Assembly (NCBI GenBank): GCA_964016885.1
Contig: OZ024747.1
Location: 28,272,001 to 28,336,000, forward strand
Reading direction: 5' to 3'
Length of the DNA stretch: 64,000 nt
Source: Eledone cirrhosa
Lineage: Eukaryota
Shown here: one piece after another, positions 1 through 13,500 of the stretch
Numbering within the stretch: the stretch's first letter is position 1
How the letters are laid out: each line of letters begins with the position of its first letter
Program-made: the position numbers and the translations under genes
The notes under the pieces: model-generated
What the model was told of the DNA's origin: nothing
The model's input: the letters and a program-made list of their open reading frames with translations, nothing else
The model's database searches: none

Positions 1-210
1 AGACATGTGCACTCTTAACATGGTTCTGGGGGAGATTCAGCATAATACAATGTGTGACAATGCTGGATTTACAAGTACAATTCATTGTTACCAGCTCAGT
101 GGACAGGAGCAGCATGTAATGAAGTGTCTTGCTCAAGGACACTGCACTGCTCAGACCAGAAATCGATCATGAACTGAACATTCTAACCACTAAACCATGC
201 TGCTTAACCA
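1..210 (-). mobile_element. Degenerate CORE-like SINE fragment
   Basis: The reverse complement contains gtgtccttgagcaagacacttc (CORE-like) and aligns by eye to the plus-strand copy at ~50330-50640. Confidence 0.55.
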
Positions 211-901
211 GCCAAGTACTGGTGTACATTAAGTCAATTTTCTCCTCACAACTGAAAATAAACTGTATGCCATGTACTTTTAGATTAAATGGTAACATTT
301 TGAATAGTATTTACCATGTTTGTTTTTTTGTTAAATTTAAAAATCTGTGTGGAATTTTTTATACAGCCTGTAACTATATTATAAAATATACTCTTTGTTT
401 AGGAAGACAGGTATGGCTCTAATTATGTTAGAAATCATACTATTTATGTAGCAAGGTGTAGTTGTACCTGTAGACAAGAGTGATTCTATGTTAGAAATCA
501 TACTATTTATGTAGACAGGTGTAGTTTCTATCTATATCGGAGACCATACTATATATTTCTCAAAGTTTTGGAATTTATTCTGACTGAGGGTCGAGAGGAC
601 TCTTTCAGTTGTGTCAAAGACACAACAACCCAACTTAATAAATGCATCCAGTACACTGGTTTTTTTATAGGAAGGACATCCAACTATAGAAAACTCACCA
701 AACTGTCATGACAGCCTCTCTAGTGTTAGTGTCATAATAAAATGTACTCTGTGGAGTGCAAGAACACATGTAAGTGAGATCTCCCCACTCCCTCGTCTGG
801 GAGGTCAGTGGCTCTGATTATGTACTGAATTGGTCTGTAACGACCCATCCGACACATGCTAGTAGGGAAAACGAATGTTAAATGATGATTTTGTTTTTCA
901 G

Positions 902-1059
902 GTCATGTCTTGGAGTTCTTGGCTGTGAATGGTGTGAAATGCAGGATAAAGATGGAATGATTGTTCCACTGTCCAAATCCCATTGTGCCACCCAAGCCAT
1001 ATGTTTTGGTGGGATACTTGGTGCTGAGACACCTTATGTAGATCAGTTACAACAGCAAT
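902..1059 (+). CDS. CACHD1: Internal coding exon of a VWA and cache domain-containing protein 1 (CACHD1)-like gene
   Basis: Acceptor ttgtttttcag ends at 901 and donor gtaagt starts at 1060. It encodes SCLGVLGCEWCEMQDKDGMIVPLSKSHCATQAICFGGILGAETPYVDQ, matching the remembered CACHD1 Cys-rich juxtamembrane pattern (CFGVLDCEWC...YCAPQKECFGGIVGAKSPYVD). Confidence 0.75.
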
Positions 1060-1316
1060 GTAAGTTACAATTATATCCTTATTTTTTTAAGTTTTAAATG
1101 TCCTCACTTCTTTCTTCTCCCTTCCATGCCATCATTATCATCATTATCATTACTACTCTTTTCTTTTTATTACCAATGTCATGTCACTGAAAACTTACTC
1201 TCTGGAACTGCTTGTCTCACATCTATTAATTCCTTCTCCAGGACTTCATGTAATTTCTAACGTAGAAAGTAAGGGTTTTGTTTGTTTTGTTGTTATTTAT
1301 ATTATTGGAATTCTGG

Positions 1317-1516
1317 NNNNNNNNNNNNNNNNNNNNNNNNNNNNNNNNNNNNNNNNNNNNNNNNNNNNNNNNNNNNNNNNNNNNNNNNNNNNNNNNNNNN
1401 NNNNNNNNNNNNNNNNNNNNNNNNNNNNNNNNNNNNNNNNNNNNNNNNNNNNNNNNNNNNNNNNNNNNNNNNNNNNNNNNNNNNNNNNNNNNNNNNNNNN
1501 NNNNNNNNNNNNNNNN
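1317..1516. other. Assembly gap (200 N)
   Basis: Run of exactly 200 N, directly abutting the satellite array. Confidence 0.99.
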
Positions 1517-4500
1517 ATACTGCTAGATGTCACTCAGTCTCCTCAATGCTACCTCCATAACCCAATATACTGCCAAATGTCACTCAGTCCTCCTCAATTG
1601 CTACCTCCATAACCCAATATACTGCCAAGATGTCACTCAGTCTCCTCAATGCTACCTCCATAACCCAATATACTGCTAGATGTCACTCAGTCTCCTCAAT
1701 GCTACCTCCATAACCCAATATACTGCTAGATGTCACTCAGTCTCCTCAATGCTACCTCCATAACCCAATATACTGCTAGATGTCACTCAGTCTCCTCAAT
1801 GCTACCTCCATAACCCAATATACTGCTAAGATGTCACTCAGTCTCCTCAATGCTACCTCCATAACCCAATATACTGCTAGATGTCACTCAGTCTCCTCAA
1901 TGCTACCTCCATAACCCAATATACTGCTAGATGTCACTCAGTCTCCTCAAAGCTACCTCCATAACCCAATATACTGCTAGATGTCACTCAGTCTCCTCAA
2001 TGCTACCTCCATAACCCAATATACTGCAAGATGTCACTCAGTCTCCTCAATGCTACCTCCATAACCCAATATACTGCTAGATGTCACTCAGTCTCCTCAA
2101 TGCTACCTCCATAACCCAATATACTGCTAGATGTCACTCAGTCCTCCTCAATGCTACCTCCATAACCCAATATACTGCCAAATGTCACTCAGTCTCCTCA
2201 AAGCTACCTCCATAACCCAATATACTGCTAGATGTCACTCAGTCTCCTCAATGCTACCTCCATAACCCAATATACTGCAAATGTCACTCAGTCTCCTCAA
2301 TGCTACCTCCATAACCCAATATACTGCCAAATGTCACTCAGTCTCCTCAATGCTACCTCCATAACCCAATATACTGCCTAGATGTCACTCAGTCTCCTCA
2401 AAGCTACCTCCATAACCCAATATACTGCTAGATGTCACTCAGTCTCCTCAATGCTACCTCCATAACCCAATATACTGCTAGATGTCACTCAGTCTCCTCA
2501 ATGCTACCTCCATAACCCAATATACTGCCAAATGTCACTCAGTCTCCTCAATGCTACCTCCATAACCCAATATACTGCTAGATGTCACTCAGTCTCCTCA
2601 ATGCTACCTCCATAACCCAATATACTGCTAGATGTCACTCAGTCTCCTCAAAGCTACCTCCATAACCCAATATACTGCTAGATGTCACTCAGTCTCCTCA
2701 ATGCTACCTCCATAACCCAATATACTGCTAGATGTCACTCAGTCTCCTCAATGCTACCTCCATAACCCAATATACTGCCAAATGTCACTCAGTCTCCTCA
2801 ATGCTACCTCCATACCCAATATACTGCTAGATGTCACTCAGTCTCCTCAATGCTACCTCCATAACCCAATATACTGCTAGATGTCACTCAGTCTCCTCAA
2901 TGCTACCTCCATAACCCAATATACTGCCAAATGTCACTCAGTCTCCTCAATGCTACCTCCATAACCCAATATACTGCTAGATGTCACTCAGTCTCCTCAA
3001 TGCTACCTCCATAACCCAATATACTGCTAGATGTCACTCAGTCTCCTCAATGCTACCTCCATAACCCAATATACTGCTAGATGTCACTCAGTCTCCTCAA
3101 TGCTACCTCCATAACCCAATATACTGCTAGATGTCACTCAGTCTCCTCAATGCTACCTCCATAACCCAATATACTGCTAGATGTCACTCAGTCTCCTCAA
3201 TGCTACCTCCATAACCCAATATACTGCCTAGATGTCACTCAGTCTCCTCAATGCTACCTCCATAACCCAATATACTGCTAGATGTCACTCAGTCTCCTCA
3301 ATGCTACCTCCATAACCCAATATACTGCCTAGATGTCACTCAGTCTCCTCAATGCTACCTCCATAACCCAATATACTGCTAGATGTCACTCAGTCTCCTC
3401 AATGCTACCTCCATAACCCAATATACTGCTAGATGTCACTCAGTCTCCTCAATGCTACCTCCATAACCCAATATACTGCTAGATGTCACTCAGTCTCCTC
3501 AATGCTACCTCCATAACCCAATATACTGCCAAATGTCACTCAGTCTCCTCAATGCTACCTCCATAACCCAATATACTGCTAGATGTCACTCAGTCTCCTC
3601 AATGCTACCTCCATAACCCAATATACTGCTAGATGTCACTCAGTCTCCTCAATGCTACCTCCATAACCCAATATACTGCCAAATGTCACTCAGTCTCCTC
3701 AATGCTACCTCCATAACCCAATATACTGCTAGATGTCACTCAGTCTCCTCAATGCTACCTCCATAACCCAATATACTGCTAGATGTCACTCAGTCTCCTC
3801 AATGCTACCTCCATAACCCAATATACTGCTAGATGTCACTCAGTCTCCTCAATGCTACCTCCATAACCCAATATACTGCTAGATGTCACTCAGTCTCCTC
3901 AATGCTACCTCCATAACCCAATATACTGCTAGATGTCACTCAGTCTCCTCAATGCTACCTCCATAACCCAATATACTGCAAATGTCACTCAGTCTCCTCA
4001 ATGCTACCTCCATAACCCAATATACTGCCAAGATGTCACTCAGTCTCCTCAATGCTACCTCCATAACCCAATATACTGCTAGATGTCACTCAGTCTCCTC
4101 AATGCTACCTCCATAACCCAATATACTGCAGATGTCACTCAGTCTCCTCAATGCTACCTCCATAACCCAATATACTGCTAGATGTCACTCAGTCTCCTCA
4201 ATGCTACCTCCATAACCCAATATACTGCCAAATGTCACTCAGTCTCCTCAATGCTACCTCCATAACCCAATATACTGCCTAGATGTCACTCAGTCTCCTC
4301 AATGCTACCTCCATAACCCAATATACTGCTAGATGTCACTCAGTCTCCTCAATGCTACCTCCATAACCCAATATACTGCTAGATGTCACTCAGTCTCCTC
4401 AATGCTACCTCCATAACCCAATATACTGCTAAATGTCACTCAGTCTCCTCAATGCTACCTCCATAACCCAATATACTGCCAAATGTCACTCAGTCTCCTC

Positions 4501-7500
4501 AATGCTACCTCCATAACCCAATATACTGCTAGATGTCACTCAGTCTCCTCAATGCTACCTCCATAACCCAATATACTGCTAGATGTCACTCAGTCTCCTC
4601 AATGCTACCTCCATAACCCAATATACTGCTAGATGTCACTCAGTCTCCTCAATGCTACCTCCATAACCCAATATACTGCTAGATGTCACTCAGTCTCCTC
4701 AATGCTACCTCCATAACCCAATATACTGCTAGATGTCACTCAGTCTCCTCAATGCTACCTCCATAACCCAATATACTGCTAGATGTCACTCAGTCTCCTC
4801 AATGCTACCTCCATAACCCAATATACTGCTAGATGTCACTCAGTCTCCTCAATGCTACCTCCATAACCCAATATACTGCCAAATGTCACTCAGTCTCCTC
4901 AATGCTACCTCCATAACCCAATATACTGCTAGATGTCACTCAGTCTCCTCAATGCTACCTCCATAACCCAATATACTGCTAGATGTCACTCAGTCTCCTC
5001 AATGCTACCTCCATAACCCAATATACTGCTAGATGTCACTCAGTCTCCTCAATGCTACCTCCATAACCCAATATACTGCTAGATGTCACTCAGTCTCCTC
5101 AATGCTACCTCCATAACCCAATATACTGCTAGATGTCACTCAGTCTCCTCAATGCTACCTCCATAACCCAATATACTGCTAGATGTCACTCAGTCTCCTC
5201 AATGCTACCTCCATAACCCAATATACTGCTAGATGTCACTCAGTCTCCTCAATGCTACCTCCATAACCCAATATACTGCTAGATGTCACTCAGTCTCCTC
5301 AATGCTACCTCCATAACCCAATATACTGCTAGATGTCACTCAGTCTCCTCAATGCTACCTCCATAACCCAATATACTGCTAGATGTCACTCAGTCTCCTC
5401 AATGCTACCTCCATAACCCAATATACTGCTAGATGTCACTCAGTCTCCTCAATGCTACCTCCATAACCCAATATACTGCCAAATGTCACTCAGTCTCCTC
5501 AATGCTACCTCCATAACCCAATATACTGCTAGATGTCACTCAGTCTCCTCAATGCTACCTCCATAACCCAATATACTGCTAGATGTCACTCAGTCTCCTC
5601 AATGCTACCTCCATAACCCAATATACTGCCTAATGTCACTCAGTCTCCTCAATGCTACCTCCATAACCCAATATACTGCTAGATGTCACTCAGTCTCCTC
5701 AATGCTACCTCCATAACCCAATATACTGCTAGATGTCACTCAGTCTCCTCAATGCTACCTCCATAACCCAATATACTGCTAGATGTCACTCAGTCTCCTC
5801 AATGCTACCTCCATAACCCAATATACTGCTAGATGTCACTCAGTCTCCTCAATGCTACCTCCATAACCCAATATACTGCTAGATGTCACTCAGTCTCCTC
5901 AATGCTACCTCCATAACCCAATATACTGCTAGATGTCACTCAGTCTCCTCAATGCTACCTCCATAACCCAATATACTGCTAGATGTCACTCAGTCTCCTC
6001 AATGCTACCTCCATAACCCAATATACTGCTAATGTCACTCAGTCTCCCTCAATGCTACCTCCATAACCCAATATACTGCAGATGTCACTCAGTCTCCTCA
6101 ATGCTACCTCCATAACCCAATATACTGCAAGATGTCACTCAGTCTCCTCAATGCTACCTCCATAACCCAATATACTGCCAAGATGTCACTCAGTCTCCTC
6201 AATGCTACCTCCATAACCCAATATACTGCTAGATGTCACTCAGTCTCCTCAATGCTACCTCCATAACCCAATATACTGCTAGATGTCACTCAGTCTCCTC
6301 AATGCTACCTCCATAACCCAATATACTGCTAGATGTCACTCAGTCTCCTCAATGCTACCTCCATAACCCAATATACTGCAAGATGTCACTCAGTCTCCTC
6401 AATGCTACCTCCATAACCCAATATACTGCCAAGATGTCACTCAGTCTCCTCAATGCTACCTCCATAACCCAATATACTGCTAGATGTCACTCAGTCTCCT
6501 CAATGCTACCCTCCATAACCCAATATACTGCTAGATGTCACTCAGTCCTCCTCAATGCTACCTCCATAACCCAATATACTGCTAGATGTCACTCAGTCTC
6601 CTCAATGCTACCTCCATAACCCAATATACTGCCTAGATGTCACTCAGTCTCCTCAATGCTACCTCCATAACCCAATATACTGCCAAGATGTCACTCAGTC
6701 TCCTCAATGCTACCTCCATAACCCAATATACTGCTAGATGTCACTCAGTCTCCTCAATGCTACCTCCATAACCCAATATACTGCTAGATGTCACTCAGTC
6801 TCCTCAATGCTACCTCCATAACCCAATATACTGCTAAATGTCACTCAGTCTCCTCAATGCTACCTCCATAACCCAATATACTGCTAGATGTCACTCAGTC
6901 TCCTCAATGCTACCTCCATAACCCAATATACTGCTAGATGTCACTCAGTCTCCTCAATGCTACCTCCATAACCCAATATACTGCCAAATGTCACTCAGTC
7001 TCCTCAATGCTACCTCCATAACCCAATATACTGCTAGATGTCACTCAGTCTCCTCAATGCTACCTCCATAACCCAATATACTGCTAGATGTCACTCAGTC
7101 TCCTCAATGCTACCTCCATAACCCAATATACTGCTAGATGTCACTCAGTCTCCTCAATGCTACCTCCATAACCCAATATACTGCTAGATGTCACTCAGTC
7201 TCCTCAATGCTACCTCCATAACCCAATATACTGCCAAATGTCACTCAGTCTCCTCAATGCTACCTCCATAACCCAATATACTGCCTAGATGTCACTCAGT
7301 CTCCTCAATGCTACCTCCATAACCCAATATACTGCTAGATGTCACTCAGTCTCCTCAATGCTACCTCCATAACCCAATATACTGCCTAGATGTCACTCAG
7401 TCTCCTCAATGCTACCTCCATAACCCAATATACTGCTAGATGTCACTCAGTCTCCTCAATGCTACCTCCATAACCCAATATACTGCTAGATGTCACTCAG

Positions 7501-10500
7501 TCTCCTCAATGCTACCTCCATAACCCAATATACTGCTAGATGTCACTCAGTCTCCTCAATGCTACCTCCATAACCCAATATACTGCTAGATGTCACTCAG
7601 TCTCCTCAATGCTACCTCCATAACCCAATATACTGCTAGATGTCACTCAGTCTCCTCAATGCTACCTCCATAACCCAATATACTGCTAGATGTCACTCAG
7701 TCTCCTCAATGCTACCTCCATAACCCAATATACTGCTAGATGTCACTCAGTCTCCTCAATGCTACCTCCATAACCCAATATACTGCCAGATGTCACTCAG
7801 TCTCCTCAATGCTACCTCCATAACCCAATATACTGCTAGATGTCACTCAGTCTCCTCAATGCTACCTCCATAACCCAATATACTGCTAGATGTCACTCAG
7901 TCTCCTCAATGCTACCTCCATAACCCAATATACTGCTAGATGTCACTCAGTCTCCTCAATGCTACCTCCATAACCCAATATACTGCTAGATGTCACTCAG
8001 TCTCCTCAATGCTACCTCCATAACCCAATATACTGCTAGATGTCACTCAGTCTCCTCAAAGCTACCTCCATAACCCAATATACTGCTAGATGTCACTCAG
8101 TCTCCTCAATGCTACCTCCATAACCCAATATACTGCTAGATGTCACTCAGTCTCCTCAATGCTACCTCCATAACCCAATATACTGCTAGATGTCACTCAG
8201 TCTCCTCAATGCTACCTCCATAACCCAATATACTGCTAGATGTCACTCAGTCTCCTCAAAGCTACCTCCATAACCCAATATACTGCTAGATGTCACTCAG
8301 TCTCCTCAATGCTACCTCCATAACCCAATATACTGCTAGATGTCACTCAGTCTCCTCAATGCTACCTCCATAACCCAATATACTGCTAGATGTCACTCAG
8401 TCTCCTCAATGCTACCTCCATAACCCAATATACTGCTAGAATGTCACTCAGTCTCCTCAATGCTACCTCCATAACCCAATATACTGCTAGATGTCACTCA
8501 GTCTCCCTCAATGCTACCTCCATAACCCAATATACTGCCAAATGTCACTCAGTCTCCTCAATGCTACCTCCATAACCCAATATACTGCCAGATGTCACTC
8601 AGTCTCCTCAATGCTACCTCCATAACCCAATATACTGCTAGATGTCACTCAGTCTCCTCAATGCTACCTCCATAACCCAATATACTGCTAGATGTCACTC
8701 AGTCTCCTCAATGCTACCTCCATAACCCAATATACTGCTAGATGTCACTCAGTCTCCTCAATGCTACCTCCATAACCCAATATACTGCAAGATGTCACTC
8801 AGTCTCCTCAATGCTACCTCCATAACCCAATATACTGCTAGATGTCACTCAGTCTCCTCAATGCTACCTCCATAACCCAATATACTGCTAGATGTCACTC
8901 AGTCTCCTCAATGCTACCTCCATAACCCAATATACTGCTAGATGTCACTCAGTCTCCTCAATGCTACCTCCATAACCCAATATACTGCTAGATGTCACTC
9001 AGTCTCCTCAATGCTACCTCCATAACCCAATATACTGCCAAGATGTCACTCAGTCTCCTCAATGCTACCTCCATAACCCAATATACTGCCAAATGTCACT
9101 CAGTCTCCTCAATGCTACCTCCATAACCCAATATACTGCTAGATGTCACTCAGTCTCCTCAATGCTACCTCCATAACCCAATATACTGCTAGATGTCACT
9201 CAGTCTCCTCAATGCTACCTCCATAACCCAATATACTGCCAAGATGTCACTCAGTCTCCTCAATGCTACCTCCATAACCCAATATACTGCCTAGATGTCA
9301 CTCAGTCTCCTCAATGCTACCTCCATAACCCAATATACTGCTAGATGTCACTCAGTCTCCTCAATGCTACCTCCATAACCCAATATACTGCCAAATGTCA
9401 CTCAGTCTCCTCAATGCTACCTCCATAACCCAATATACTGCTAGATGTCACTCAGTCTCCTCAATGCTACCCTCCATAACCCAATATACTGCTAGATGTC
9501 ACTCAGTCTCCTCAATGCTACCTCCATAACCCAATATACTGCCAAATGTCACTCAGTCTCCTCAATGCTACCCTCCATAACCCAATATACTGCTAGATGT
9601 CACTCAGTCTCCTCAATGCTACCTCCATAACCCAATATACTGCCAAATGTCACTCAGTCTCCTCAATGCTACCTCCATAACCCAATATACTGCCAAATGT
9701 CACTCAGTCTCCTCAATGCTACCTCCATAACCCAATATACTGCAAGATGTCACTCAGTCTCCTCAATGCTACCTCCATAACCCAATATACTGCAAATGTC
9801 ACTCAGTCTCCTCAATGCTACCTCCATAACCCAATATACTGCAAGATGTCACTCAGTCTCCTCAATGCTACCTCCATAACCCAATATACTGCTAGATGTC
9901 ACTCAGTCTCCTCAATGCTACCTCCATAACCCAATATACTGCCAAATGTCACTCAGTCTCCTCAATGCTACCTCCATAACCCAATATACTGCCAAATGTC
10001 ACTCAGTCTCCTCAATGCTACCTCCATAACCCAATATACTGCTAGATGTCACTCAGTCTCCTCAAAGCTACCTCCATAACCCAATATACTGCCAAATGTC
10101 ACTCAGTCTCCTCAATGCTACCTCCATAACCCAATATACTGCTAGATGTCACTCAGTCTCCTCAATGCTACCTCCATAACCCAATATACTGCCAAGATGT
10201 CACTCAGTCTCCTCAATGCTACCTCCATAACCCAATATACTGCTAGATGTCACTCAGTCTCCTCAATGCTACCTCCATAACCCAATATACTGCCAAATGT
10301 CACTCAGTCTCCTCAATGCTACCTCCATAACCCAATATACTGCTAGATGTCACTCAGTCTCCTCAATGCTACCTCCATAACCCAATATACTGCTAGATGT
10401 CACTCAGTCTCCTCAATGCTACCTCCATAACCCAATATACTGCTAGATGTCACTCAGTCTCCTCAATGCTACCTCCATAACCCAATATACTGCAAATGTC

Positions 10501-13500
10501 ACTCAGTCTCCTCAATGCTACCTCCATAACCCAATATACTGCTAGATGTCACTCAGTCTCCTCAATGCTACCTCCATAACCCAATATACTGCTAGATGTC
10601 ACTCAGTCTCCTCAATGCTACCTCCATAACCCAATATACTGCTAGATGTCACTCAGTCTCCTCAATGCTACCTCCATAACCCAATATACTGCTAGATGTC
10701 ACTCAGTCTCCTCAATGCTACCTCCATAACCCAATATACTGCTAGATGTCACTCAGTCTCCTCAATGCTACCTCCATAACCCAATATACTGCCTAGATGT
10801 CACTCAGTCTCCTCAATGCTACCTCCATAACCCAATATACTGCTAGATGTCACTCAGTCTCCTCAATGCTACCTCCATAACCCAATATACTGCTAGATGT
10901 CACTCAGTCTCCTCAATGCTACCTCCATAACCCAATATACTGCTAGATGTCACTCAGTCTCCTCAAAGCTACCTCCATAACCCAATATACTGCTAGATGT
11001 CACTCAGTCTCCTCAAAGCTACCTCCATAACCCAATATACTGCTAGATGTCACTCAGTCTCCTCAATGCTACCTCCATAACCCAATATACTGCTAGATGT
11101 CACTCAGTCTCCTCAATGCTACCTCCATAACCCAATATACTGCTAGATGTCACTCAGTCTCCTCAATGCTACCTCCATAACCCAATATACTGCCAAATGT
11201 CACTCAGTCTCCTCAAAGCTACCTCCATAACCCAATATACTGCTAGATGTCACTCAGTCTCCTCAAAGCTACCTCCATAACCCAATATACTGCTAGATGT
11301 CACTCAGTCTCCTCAAAGCTACCTCCATAACCCAATATACTGCCAGATGTCACTCAGTCTCCTCAATGCTACCTCCATAACCCAATATACTGCTAGATGT
11401 CACTCAGTCTCCTCAAAGCTACCTCCATAACCCAATATACTGCTAAATGTCACTCAGTCTCCTCAAAGCTACCTCCATAACCCAATATACTGCTAAATGT
11501 CACTCAGTCTCCTCAATGCTACCTCCATAACCCAATATACTGCTAGATGTCACTCAGTCTCCTCAAAGCTACCTCCATAACCCAATATACTGCTAGATGT
11601 CACTCAGTCTCCTCAATGCTACCTCCATAACCCAATATACTGCTAGATGTCACTCAGTCTCCTCAAAGCTACCTCCATAACCCAATATACTGCTAGATGT
11701 CACTCAGTCTCCTCAATGCTACCTCCATAACCCAATATACTGCTAGATGTCACTCAGTCTCCTCAATGCTACCTCCATAACCCAATATACTGCCAAATGT
11801 CACTCAGTCTCCTCAATGCTACCTCCATAACCCAATATACTGCTAGATGTCACTCAGTCTCCTCAATGCTACCTCCATAACCCAATATACTGCTAGATGT
11901 CACTCAGTCTCCTCAAAGCTACCTCCATAACCCAATATACTGCTAGATGTCACAGTCTCCTCAAAGCTACCTCCATAACCCAATATACTGCCAAATGTCA
12001 CTCAGTTCTCCCTCAATGCTACCACTCCATAACCCAATATACTGCTAGATGTCACTCAGTCTCCTCAAAGCTACCTCCATAACCCAATATACTGCTAGAT
12101 GTCACTCAGTCTCCTCAATGCTACCTCCATAACCAATATACTGCTAGATGTCACTCAGTCTCCTCAAAGCTACCTCCATAACCCAATATACTGCTAGATG
12201 TCACTCAGTCTCCTCAATGCTACCTCCATAACCCAATATACTGCTAGATGTCACTCAGTCTCCCCAAAGCTACCTCCATAACCCAATATACTGCTAGATG
12301 TCACTCAGTCTCCTCAATGCTACCTCCATAACCCAATATACTGCTAGATGTCACTCAGTCTCCTCAAAGCTACCTCCATAACCCAATATACTGCTAGATG
12401 TCACTCAGTCTCCTCAAAGCTACCTCCATAACCCAATATACTGCTAGATGTCACTCAGTCTCCTCAAAGCTACCTCCATAACCCAATATACTGCTAGATG
12501 TCACTCAGTCTCCTCAATGCTACCTCCATAACCCAATATACTGCTAGATGTCACTCAGTCTCCTCAATGCTACCTCCATAACCCAATATACTGCCAAATG
12601 TCACTCAGTCTCCTCAATGCTACCTCCATAACCCAATATACTGCCAAATGTCACTCAGTCTCCTCAAAGCTACCTCCATAACCCAATATACTGCTAGATG
12701 TCACTCAGTCTCCTCAATGCTACCTCCATAACCCAATATACTGCTAGATGTCACTCAGTCTCCTCAAAGCTACCTCCATAACCCAATATACTGCCAAATG
12801 TCACTCAGTCTCCTCAATGCTACCTCCATAACCCAATATACTGCCAAATGTCACTCAGTCTCCTCAAAGCTACCTCCATAACCCAATATACTGCTAGATG
12901 TCACTCAGTCTCCTCAATGCTACCTCCATAACCCAATATACTGCTAGATGTCACTCAGTCTCCTCAAAGCTACCTCCATAACCCAATATACTGCCAGATG
13001 TCACTCAGTCTCCTCAAAGCTACCTCCATAACCCAATATACTGCTAGATGTCACTCAGTCTCCTCAATGCTACCTCCATAACCCAATATACTGCCAAATG
13101 TCACTCAGTCTCCTCAAAGCTACCTCCATAACCCAATATACTGCCAAATGTCACTCAGTCTCCTCAATGCTACCTCCATAACCCAATATACTGCTAGATG
13201 TCACTCAGTCTCCCAAAGCTACCTCCATAACCCAATATACTGCTAGATGTCACTCAGTCTCCTCAATGCTACCTCCATAACCCAATATACTGCCAAATGT
13301 CACTCAGTCTCCTCAAAGCTACCTCCATAACCCAATATACTGCTAGATGTCACTCAGTCTCCTCAAAGCTACCTCCATAACCCAATATACTGCTAGATGT
13401 CACTCAGTCTCCTCAATGCTACCTCCATAACCCAATATACTGCCAAATGTCACTCAGTCTCCTCAAAGCTACCTCCATAACCCAATATACTGCTAGATGT

